Source: Betaproteobacteria bacterium LSUCC0117
GTDB lineage: Bacteria > Pseudomonadota > Gammaproteobacteria > Burkholderiales > Burkholderiaceae_C
Assembly: GCA_030441535.1 (NCBI GenBank)
Contig: JAUJFZ010000002.1
Location: forward strand, 429,652 to 461,651
Reading direction: 5' to 3'
DNA: 32,000 bases
In this document: one piece after another, positions 21,320-28,503 of the stretch
How the letters are laid out: every line of letters starts with the position of its first letter
How positions within the stretch are numbered: the stretch's first letter is position 1
Notes under the pieces: model-generated
Seen by the model: the letters and a program-made list of their open reading frames with translations, nothing else
What the model was told of the DNA's origin: nothing
The model's database searches: none
Made by a program: the position numbers and the translations under genes

Positions 21320-21961
21320 TTAAATACGCTTCTGCTGTTCTGCCGCCGATGGGGGACGGAGCATGATGAATTTAGACTCAGGCACCAAATTGAAGTAGTC
21401 TCCCGGGCCACCGCCGCGTAAAACGTGGCCTGCGTTTGCAGTGTCGTAAACGCCGTCTACCAGCAAAGCGGAGTCAATATGAACGCCCACGACTTGACCG
21501 AGTACCAACCAGGTTTCCAGCGCGTCACCGTCCATGGTGTTGAGCTGGACAATTTGGCTGACCTTGCATTCAAAGTTCACGCGGCTTTCTTTCACCCGCG
21601 GTGCTTTGACGATGGTTGACGCGACCGGTGTCAATCCACCAAGCTCAAACTCACTGACGCCCAAGGGCACCACGGCGCAGGTCTCATTCATGGCGCTGGC
21701 AAGATCAGATGTGACCAAGTTCCAGACAAATTCGCCTGTGGCACGCGCGTTATGTAGGCTGTCTTTTGCACCAATGCTTGTGAAGCCCACAAGGGGTGGG
21801 GTGTAGTTAAACGCGGTAAAAAAGCTGTAAGGCGCTAAATTAAGCTGCCCTTGCTCGTTGCACGTAGACACCCAGCCGATGGGGCGGGGTGCCACGATCG
21901 CGTTGAAGGGGTCGTGGGGTAGGCCGTGGCCCTCTTTAGGCTGGTAAAAATAGGTACTCAT
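21320..21961 (-). CDS. Flavin reductase-like FMN-binding domain protein
   Basis: RPIGWVST...NLAPYSFF is typical of the flavin reductase / split-barrel family. Length is 213 aa. Confidence 0.75.
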   Translation of the reverse strand: MSTYFYQPKEGHGLPHDPFNAIVAPRPIGWVSTCNEQGQLNLAPYSFFTAFNYTPPLVGFTSIGAKDSLHNARATGEFVWNLVTSDLASAMNETCAVVPLGVSEFELGGLTPVASTIVKAPRVKESRVNFECKVSQIVQLNTMDGDALETWLVLGQVVGVHIDSALLVDGVYDTANAGHVLRGGGPGDYFNLVPESKFIMLRPPSAAEQQKRI

Positions 21962-22022
21962 GAGGCGTATCTTACCGAAATGACGGTTTTATGTAAGCGC
22001 CTTCATTGATGATGGACACGCC

Positions 22023-22349
22023 ATGGTCAAGCCACATTACTACGTTTATGTTGTCCTGTTAAACCCGCTGGTGCGTAAGCATGCCAAGTTTTTGCGGGCC
22101 AATACTGCCTACTGCGAGGGCTTGCCGTGGGTATATGTCGGTATGACGGGGCTGGACCCTGACACGCGTTTTGACAAAAACAAAGCCGGTATCAAAGCGA
22201 ATCGGTACGTCCGCGATTACGGGGAACGCTTGATGCCCGAGTTGGTTGAAGACCTGCGCCAACCCATGACCTATGACGATGCGGCGTACCTCGAGGTAGA
22301 CGTTGCTATCCGGCTGCGCGCCCAGGGCTTTGGCGTGTGGCAGGGCTGA
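22023..22349 (+). CDS. Small hypothetical protein, possibly GIY-YIG-like
   Basis: The pattern YYVYVV...WVYVGMTG...RF..NKAG resembles the GIY...YIG...R...H/N spacing of the GIY-YIG fold. This was recognised by eye only. Confidence 0.45.
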   Translation: MVKPHYYVYVVLLNPLVRKHAKFLRANTAYCEGLPWVYVGMTGLDPDTRFDKNKAGIKANRYVRDYGERLMPELVEDLRQPMTYDDAAYLEVDVAIRLRAQGFGVWQG

Positions 22350-22450
22350 TGTTGCGGGAGCGCGAAATACGTCCCCCAAGGGCGTCCAAATCCTCACCGT
22401 GATCACGGTGGCAATCACCCACTGGCACCACGATACAATCACACCCGCGT

Positions 22451-22527
22451 GGGACGTTAGCTCAGTTGGTTAGAGCAGAGGACTCATAATCCTTTGGTCC
22501 ACGGTTCAAGTCCGTGACGTCCCACCA
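22451..22527 (+). tRNA. tRNA with CAT anticodon (elongator Met or lysidine-modified Ile2; the body looks more ileX-like from memory)
   Basis: It folds as a perfect cloverleaf: acceptor GGGACGT/ACGTCCC, D arm GCTC-AGTTGGTTA-GAGC, anticodon arm GAGGA-CTCATAA-TCCTT, T arm CACGG-TTCAAGT-CCGTG, and ACCA. Confidence 0.9.
22483..22527 (+). repeat. Direct repeat copy 1 (attL of element 1): the 3' 45 nt of the tRNA
   Basis: It is identical to 29565-29609. Similarity extends to 22475 / 29557 with 2 mismatches. Confidence 0.9.
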
Positions 22528-22546
22528 TTAAATTCAACGATTTACG

Positions 22547-22581
22547 AGCCTCCAGTGTTAAAGCTGGGGGCTTTTGTCTTT
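22547..22581 (+). terminator. Hairpin terminator downstream of the tRNA (part of the element's conserved module)
   Basis: AGCCTCCAG-N8-CTGGGGGCT forms a 9-bp stem (one G.U pair), followed by TTTTGTCTTT. The same structure recurs at 29629-29662. Confidence 0.6.
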
Positions 22582-22604
22582 GTGCGTGGCGAGTAGGGGT
22601 TGCA

Positions 22605-23861
22605 GTGGCTCGCAGCGCGGCACTGAATATATTTGTGAATCCCAAGCAGCTATATCTGCGAGACGGCGAAGTGGTGTTGTACCGCAGACGCCACAGCTTG
22701 CAGTACCAATGTCGTTACAAACTAGCTGACGGCACGTGGTGCAGACGCAGCACCGCCAAAGCAAGCCTTGAGCTAGCCGCACTTGCAGCATGCGAGCTGT
22801 ATGACGAAGCACGGTTTAGACAGCGCCTTGGCTTAGCACACCGCGCACAGTCTGTAGCACACCTCGCGCATCTAACAGCACGTGAGCTGAGACGACAAAT
22901 CGACTTGGGGCATGGCAAAAGTGTCTACGGCAGTTACTTGAGCTGTATCGAACGCTACTTCATCCCCTTCTTCACACATCAGCACTTGGAGTCTTTAACG
23001 CACAGTGACATCACTGAGTTTGAGCTGTGGCGCAACAAGCAGATGCAAAAGCAGCCCAAAGCCTCAACCTTGCAGAACTTTGCAAGTGCTTGGAACAAGG
23101 TGATTGCCACAGCTGTAGAGCACGGATACATCAGTGAGCGATTGCCAGTACCTCGTATGCAAGTCAAAGGCGCCAAAAGCCAGCCAAGAGCAGCGTTCAC
23201 AGAGTCAGAAGTGCAGCAGCTACGCAGCTACATGGCAACGTGGGTGGAGGGCAGCAGCAAGGCAAACAAGTCCACAGAGTCAGCCATGCGTCACTTGCTG
23301 CGTGACTACGTAGAGATGCTGCTGCTCACTGGCATGCGGCACGGCACAGAGGCACTTGGTGTGCGTTGGAAGGATGTGTGTTGGCACACGCAAGATGGCA
23401 AGCGGTACTTGCGCATATGGGTAAACGGTAAGACTGGAGGCAGATGGTTGATCGCCAAACATGCGGCATTGGCGGTGCTCGAACGCTTGCATGCCAGACA
23501 AACATCCCTGAACTCGCAGTCTTTGGAAACGACATTGCAAGGCGAGGGCAACGACAAAGTCAACAAAGCTGCCAATCACCTCGTATTCACCTTCAGCAAC
23601 GGCTACCAACCCACCTCGCTGAATGGGGCATTCAAGCGTTTGATGCGTGACAGTGGATTACTAAAGGATGCAGATGGACAAAACAGAACGCTTTACTCAC
23701 TGAGACACACCTACGCCACGTTGGAGCTGCTGAGGGCAAACACTGACATTCACACGCTTGCCAAGCAGATGGGCAACAGCGCAGCTGTCATAGAGCGCCA
23801 TTATTCGAAATTGACGGCGACTTTGGCTGCGGAGAGGTTGGCTAAGCACTATTTAATTTGA
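22605..23861 (+). CDS. int: Tyrosine-type site-specific integrase (element 1)
   Basis: Catalytic signatures are present: TGMRHGTEALGVRWKDV (Arg I), LYSLRHTYAT (H-x-x-R box II) and IERHYSK (Tyr nucleophile). It is adjacent to the tRNA 3' end. The GTG start is taken from the ORF track and is uncertain. Confidence 0.9.
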   Translation: MARSAALNIFVNPKQLYLRDGEVVLYRRRHSLQYQCRYKLADGTWCRRSTAKASLELAALAACELYDEARFRQRLGLAHRAQSVAHLAHLTARELRRQIDLGHGKSVYGSYLSCIERYFIPFFTHQHLESLTHSDITEFELWRNKQMQKQPKASTLQNFASAWNKVIATAVEHGYISERLPVPRMQVKGAKSQPRAAFTESEVQQLRSYMATWVEGSSKANKSTESAMRHLLRDYVEMLLLTGMRHGTEALGVRWKDVCWHTQDGKRYLRIWVNGKTGGRWLIAKHAALAVLERLHARQTSLNSQSLETTLQGEGNDKVNKAANHLVFTFSNGYQPTSLNGAFKRLMRDSGLLKDADGQNRTLYSLRHTYATLELLRANTDIHTLAKQMGNSAAVIERHYSKLTATLAAERLAKHYLI

Positions 23862-23919
23862 CAAATCTTGCAATTTTTAATAACTTTCGAGCAACTTAGG
23901 TAAAAGTGGAGTCCATATC

Positions 23920-25134
23920 TTGAAAAAGTTAACTGCAATATTGTCATTCGGTCTTTTGATTGTTGCATCGCAACAAGCTTTAGCGCAAGCAACTGTTGAA
24001 AAGGGTAAGTCAGTTGCTATTGAGATTCCAGTGGATTCAGACACAGCTTGCAATATCGAAGTTACCCGAGGTGGGGAGAAGACGAACGTAAGTGTTGACC
24101 CAAAAAGTAAGAAGGGCACCTACGAGTTTGCTGGGCGCGAATTGGGCGAAGAGACGATTCGTTGGGAAGGCAAGATGAAGTTCCGTGGTCTTAAGACTTT
24201 GGCTGCTTGCCGGGGTGACGGCAGTATAAGAGTTGTGACCACAGAAAGTGCTGAAGCGATTGAAGCTGCCAAGCAAGCGCAAAAGGCAGAAGAGGAGGCC
24301 AAGCAAGCAAAGGCAACGATGGATGCGCAAGCTGCACGCTTGGCAGAACTTGAGGCGAAGTTAAAAGCGGCTGAGGCAGAGGCTGCGAAGACGCCAGAGC
24401 AAAAGGCTGAAGAGGCGAGAGTAGCTGCAGAGGCGAAGGCTTATGCAGAGGCGAAAGTTGCCGCAGAGGCAAAAGCCGCAGCGGAGGCAAGAGCAGCCGC
24501 AGAAGCAAGAGCAGCAGCGGAGGCAAAAGCAGCGGCGGAGGCAAGAGCAGCTGCAGAAGCAAGAGCAGCAGCGGAGGCAAGAGCAGCTGCAGAAGCAAGA
24601 GCAGCGGCGGAGGCAAGAGCAGCTGCAGAAGCAAGAGCAGCAGCGCAAGCAAAATTACTCGCTGAACGTAAAGCGGCGCAGCAAAGGCAGGCGAGTTTTG
24701 TGCAGGCTGTCCAGAAGGCTCAATCTGGCGCTCAGGGCGCAAAAAACAATATGCAGAAGGGGGCTCTGTTAGCGGAGAGATCGAAATCTATATGCTCTAT
24801 TTTGCAAACAACCGAGGTCGAGAATTGGAGGGGAAAGATTGAAAAAATAGACTCCAATAGCGACGGTAAGGGGGTCCTCAAGGTTGAGATCGGTCCGGAT
24901 GTTTTTGTCAAAACCTGGAACAATTCATTCTCTGATATGAGCGACAAGACATTGCTCGAACCTGGCTCAGCGCTGTTTAACAAAGTAGCGAGCATGGAGA
25001 AAAATACAAAAATATCGTTCAGTGGTTACTTCGTGGCTGATCGAGAAACCTGTATCAAAGAGTCTAGTTTGTCTTTGGATGGCAAGCTAAAGGATCCCGA
25101 GTTCATATTCCGATTTACAGACGTTTCGAATTGA
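23920..25134 (+). CDS. Secreted protein with a TolA-like Ala/Glu/Lys/Arg-rich repeat helix between two globular domains
   Basis: The TTG start has a GTGGAG SD 8 nt upstream. It has a Sec signal peptide (MKKLTAILSFGLLIVASQQALA|QA). The layout is a roughly 100-aa N-domain, a roughly 130-aa helical spacer including about 11 AAEA(R/K)A units, and a roughly 130-aa C-domain. The gene is AT-rich. Confidence 0.75.
   Translation: MKKLTAILSFGLLIVASQQALAQATVEKGKSVAIEIPVDSDTACNIEVTRGGEKTNVSVDPKSKKGTYEFAGRELGEETIRWEGKMKFRGLKTLAACRGDGSIRVVTTESAEAIEAAKQAQKAEEEAKQAKATMDAQAARLAELEAKLKAAEAEAAKTPEQKAEEARVAAEAKAYAEAKVAAEAKAAAEARAAAEARAAAEAKAAAEARAAAEARAAAEARAAAEARAAAEARAAAEARAAAQAKLLAERKAAQQRQASFVQAVQKAQSGAQGAKNNMQKGALLAERSKSICSILQTTEVENWRGKIEKIDSNSDGKGVLKVEIGPDVFVKTWNNSFSDMSDKTLLEPGSALFNKVASMEKNTKISFSGYFVADRETCIKESSLSLDGKLKDPEFIFRFTDVSN
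24421..24654 (+). repeat. In-frame 18-bp (alternating 36-bp) tandem repeat encoding AAEA(R/K)A
   Basis: GCAGCGGAGGCAAGAGCA / GCTGCAGAAGCAAGAGCA units are repeated head to tail. The most regular part is about 24460-24651. Confidence 0.9.
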
Positions 25135-25227
25135 AAGCGGGAAAACTTTTGCGTTAACAATAAGTTAGTGCTAGGAAGTATCCAGCGCGCGAAAAGCGAT
25201 GCTTAGAATTTTTTAAAGGAGTAAGTC

Positions 25228-25560
25228 ATGGCTATGATAAGTTGCCCCGAGTGCCAATCAGATGTGTCAGATGCTGCGCTGAAATGCCCAAGTTGTGGTG
25301 TGCAGTTGAGGAAACCAAAGCGTACCTTTTTTGGAAAATTGGTAAAGTATAGTTTTATTTTATTTAACCTAATCATGGCTTACTGGATCTTTGCTGGGCT
25401 CGGGGGCGCTAGTGAACAGTATTCAGAATTAAGTTCTGAAGCAGAAAAAGCCGGTGCTGCAATCGGGACAGGCTTAGGAGTTATGTTCATAGCCGGTATT
25501 TGGTTTGTAGGGGACGTAATTTTGGGCTTATTTGTGTTGTTTACCAGGCCTAAGTCATAG
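25228..25560 (+). CDS. Zinc-ribbon membrane protein
   Basis: An AAGGAG SD lies 6 nt upstream of the ATG. The N-terminal CPEC-x13-CPSC zinc ribbon is followed by two hydrophobic helices. Length is 110 aa. Confidence 0.75.
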   Translation: MAMISCPECQSDVSDAALKCPSCGVQLRKPKRTFFGKLVKYSFILFNLIMAYWIFAGLGGASEQYSELSSEAEKAGAAIGTGLGVMFIAGIWFVGDVILGLFVLFTRPKS

Positions 25561-25698
25561 AAATTCAGGCGTCTCCTGTTTTGTTCACCTGAGATTTGTT
25601 TGGGGTAGCGTTAGAAGTTTTTGTGTAATTCCTGAGTAGGTTTTTCAAGTCTGAGTTGAGCTTCAGACAAACGAAACGAAAATGACATAGGTTCCAAA

Positions 25699-26301
25699 GT
25701 GCCAAAGCTCAACACCGAACAGTTGATGGAGCGTCTTGAGAGGCGTATCCATCAACTCGAGCTAGGTGAAGAGATTGCAGCAAAAGACATCAAAGCTCTA
25801 CTCAGCGCAGAACAGCAGCAGCAACTTGTTGATGCACTCGCTGCTCAAGTTAAGCTTAAGAAAAACAAACGTGCGCGCACTGATGCAGAGAAGCAAGCGT
25901 TGGGGTGGAAATCAATCAGAGAGGTGAGACTTGATGTGCTGCGTTCAGCACTCAACGCTGCCAACGATGATTTACTTTCAGACTACCAACGTCGTCTCAG
26001 AGAAAAAGAAGTTCGCCAAGCCAAAATCTACTTGCGTGAGTATTCAGACGCAAGGAAAGCAGACAAGAGCGTTTTTGCTGCGCAAGGTGCAGCCAACAAT
26101 GCACTCACACGTGCTGCACTACCTCGTGTTGATGGACAAGCTGTACCTAGCATGAGTAAGCGCGACAAAGAAGTGTTTGAGATGGAAGAAGAGCTTAAAA
26201 GACGCATTCGAAGCGAAATGACAGCTGAAGAGCTAGAACAGCTAGACATGCTTGAAGGCTTAGAAAGACACGAAAAGACGCCTCGAAAGGCACGTAAATA
26301 G
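25699..26301 (+). CDS. Highly charged helical hypothetical protein
   Basis: It is a 200-aa ORF rich in K/R/E/Q/A with no recognisable motif. The GTG start has a weak SD, and an ATG at 25726 is an alternative. A strong terminator follows. Confidence 0.55.
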   Translation: MPKLNTEQLMERLERRIHQLELGEEIAAKDIKALLSAEQQQQLVDALAAQVKLKKNKRARTDAEKQALGWKSIREVRLDVLRSALNAANDDLLSDYQRRLREKEVRQAKIYLREYSDARKADKSVFAAQGAANNALTRAALPRVDGQAVPSMSKRDKEVFEMEEELKRRIRSEMTAEELEQLDMLEGLERHEKTPRKARK

Positions 26302-26343
26302 GCGCTTTGACGAGGGCTTTTTAGCTGAAAATACAGTTTATGG

Positions 26344-26372
26344 AAAAGCATGGTTTTTGCCATGCTTTTTTG
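26344..26372 (+). terminator. Rho-independent terminator (also copy A of the hairpin-motif family)
   Basis: AAAAGCATGG-TTTTTG-CCATGCTTTT forms a 10-bp stem that runs into a T tract, 43 nt after the stop of 25699-26301. Confidence 0.7.
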
Positions 26373-26477
26373 TGTGCAAAACCCTACTTTTACAAAAACA
26401 TCATGTTTGCAGCAGCCGCTGCAGCTTGTTTGCGTTCTTTCTGTTCTTTTGTCCGTCTGTTCGTTTGCAGATACACG

Positions 26478-27050
26478 TCAAACCAACTCCACAGCACGGC
26501 GCTTCACTTCGTCGTTGACAGTGATGTAGCGTTGAGTGGTTGAGATGTTGCGATGTCCAGCCAAACTAGCTAATACAAACACGCTCACCCCCTTTGCAGC
26601 AAGTGTCGTTAGAAACGTCTTGCGTCCACTGTGGCTGCTAGCGCCTTTGATGCTGGCAGCTTTAAACAACCAATAAAAGTGCTGCGACAGCACATTGGGC
26701 GTGAAGGCTTTACGTGGACTGCTGTAGGTTGTGAATAGTGGTTGTGTGTCCTCATACCATTTGCGTGAGTTGATGTAGCTGCGAAGTTCCTCTTGCAGCC
26801 TAGTGCTCACATACACCGTCCTTGCGTGTCCATGCTTGACGCGATTGGCACTCAAGTAAATCTCTGCTCGTATCATGCCGTTTGCGTCACGCACGTCGTT
26901 AAGCCTTAGGTTGGCTACCTCACTCACACGCAGTCCAGCCAAAACCATCACAAGCAGCATTGCTCTGTCTCGCTGCGCGAATGTGGTAGTTGAGATGTGC
27001 GCAAGTGCGTGTTCTAGCTCTGCGTGGGTTAGGGATTTTGCTGCTGCCAT
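26478..27050 (-). CDS. Short (190 aa) catalytic-domain-only tyrosine recombinase, FimB/FimE-sized
   Basis: LAGLRVSEV (Arg I), SHSGRKTF (H-x-x-R) and GHRNISTTQRY (His/Tyr) are present. There is no N-terminal core-binding (SAM-like) domain. Confidence 0.85.
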   Translation of the reverse strand: MAAAKSLTHAELEHALAHISTTTFAQRDRAMLLVMVLAGLRVSEVANLRLNDVRDANGMIRAEIYLSANRVKHGHARTVYVSTRLQEELRSYINSRKWYEDTQPLFTTYSSPRKAFTPNVLSQHFYWLFKAASIKGASSHSGRKTFLTTLAAKGVSVFVLASLAGHRNISTTQRYITVNDEVKRRAVELV

Positions 27051-27221
27051 TTTTGATGTCCAAAGAGTTTCAGTGTTGCTAGTGTGCTTTCATAGCCAAA
27101 GTACGAGCAACCAAGTCCGTCCGATTTGGCGGTGTATTGCTAAAACACGTGATTTCAACGACTTAAGCGCTGACTCACATTGTTTGTGCGTTCTCTTTGG
27201 CTGTGTATTTAGCCAAGCTGT

Positions 27222-27253
27222 GCGCAAAAACCATGCTTTTTGGAAAACAGCAC
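27222..27253 (-). repeat. Hairpin-motif family copy B (inverted relative to A and C)
   Basis: The reverse complement GTGCTGTTTTCCAAAAAGCATGGTTTTTGCGC aligns with copy C (CATGCTGTTTATGAAAAAGCATGGTTTGTGC) and copy A (ACAGTTTATGGAAAAGCATGGTTTTTGC). Confidence 0.7.
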
Positions 27254-27989
27254 CTACAAGCGCAAATCTCCCTAAACAGCCACCCACGTATGCGCTCGCC
27301 TAAGAAAGTTGCTTACGCGAAGGATTTGAGGTGCTTGTGCGCTGGAAAGCTGTTCTTACTTGGTTGCTTGGCTCGAAATTCATTTGTAGCTCGCAAAATC
27401 ACAGCGCACGAAAAATTGTGGTCGAGTACTTACAGAAGTGAGGTGGTGATTTCGCATCACCCCATTTGTGCAGCTAGTCCATTCATCTTGAATGTGAACT
27501 TGTTTGTGGCGAAAGTGCCATAGCTCTCTGTGCCGATGTGTAGCGAACTTCTAGTTCGCTTGTGTTTCGCTTACCGCTCACACATGTCTTTCTTCTTTGA
27601 TTGATGAAGACATATTGGTATTTGATGATTATTTGATGTGTATTGATTGCAAGCCGAACACAGCGTAGCTGTGTGAGGGGTAGTTAGGCTGACGGAGAAT
27701 GTTTCGAGCATACGACGGCTATAGCAAGCACACGTTATATGTGCTGCCATAGCCGCCGAAGTGTACGTGACAGTAAAAAGTCCCTCGCACACGCATGTAA
27801 AAGAGTTTGACGGAAGACGAATGTATTGGAACTTCCAAAGAGCAGCGTCTGCTCATACTCCACGGCTCGCTGTTAGTCCCATGCCTTTACATTGACAAGG
27901 GCAGCGTGGGCTCATTAGCCGTCATATTTCAACCCACGTTTGTATCCTTTGTTAGCTCAGTGATTTATCTGAGGTTCTGTGCCTTAAGT

Positions 27990-28343
27990 TCAGTGCTTCG
28001 CTTGTCTCACACGTTTAAACAGTTGCCTATTCGTTTTGCTGCAAATGTTGAGTACGCGATAAGCGCAAGTGTTGGTGAGCTTACGTCGCTGGGTGCTTGT
28101 TCGCATCGCTGCAATGAACTCCTCTAGTGCCTGGATGTTTGTTGCCGTAAGTGTGTGCCTTGAGTGCTGCAGCGTTTGATGCGCTGCTCGCTGTGCCTTA
28201 AGAAGTAATGCGTCAGTCTTTGTAAACGACATCTCATCAATGCCGCAGCTAGACAACCAGCGATTGGTGCTTGCTGTGTCTCGTGTTGCTTGCCAACGGA
28301 TTTGATGTTGTATGTCTTGCTTATTCATACATTTATTTATCAC
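27990..28343 (-). CDS. Hypothetical protein (117 aa; an ATG at 28328 is an alternative start)
   Basis: It is the only ORF in this stretch with a protein-like composition. It is divergent from 28504-28944. It has no clear SD and no recognisable motif. Confidence 0.4.
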   Translation of the reverse strand: MINKCMNKQDIQHQIRWQATRDTASTNRWLSSCGIDEMSFTKTDALLLKAQRAAHQTLQHSRHTLTATNIQALEEFIAAMRTSTQRRKLTNTCAYRVLNICSKTNRQLFKRVRQAKH

Positions 28344-28503
28344 TTACCAAATAAATCAAGGCGAAAGTGGTGTGTGATTTGGCAAAGCTTGCTGCATCTG
28401 TGGCACTTTGACACTCTGCATATGTTCCTCGCCAAATTCGGTTGCTTGCAGCTTGGTGGTGACAACACACTTTATGTATTGCAACAACATAAAGGAAGAA
28501 CAC

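Noticed and set aside
24421-24654. A possible CRISPR array, suggested by short regularly spaced repeats.
   Set aside because: The repeats are contiguous 18-bp units with no spacers. They are in frame within a coding sequence, and no cas genes are present.
24191-24772. Three long ORFs overlap the repeat region of the secreted-protein gene: 24191-24742 (-), 24361-24648 (-) and 24443-24772 (+). They have Leu/Pro-, Cys/Ser- or Gln/Arg-rich low-complexity translations.
   Set aside because: They are frame and strand artefacts of the GCA/GAG/GCG-rich 18-bp tandem repeat. They have no start context and overlap a well-supported gene that has an SD and a signal peptide.
27197-28127. ORFs 27197-27523 (+), 27571-27792 (-) and 27807-28127 (+), considered as coding genes.
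   Set aside because: They have unusual Cys/His/Ser-rich compositions and no Shine-Dalgarno. They overlap each other, hairpin structures or the 117-aa ORF. The stretch is treated as non-coding or structured, although pseudogene remnants cannot be excluded without a search.
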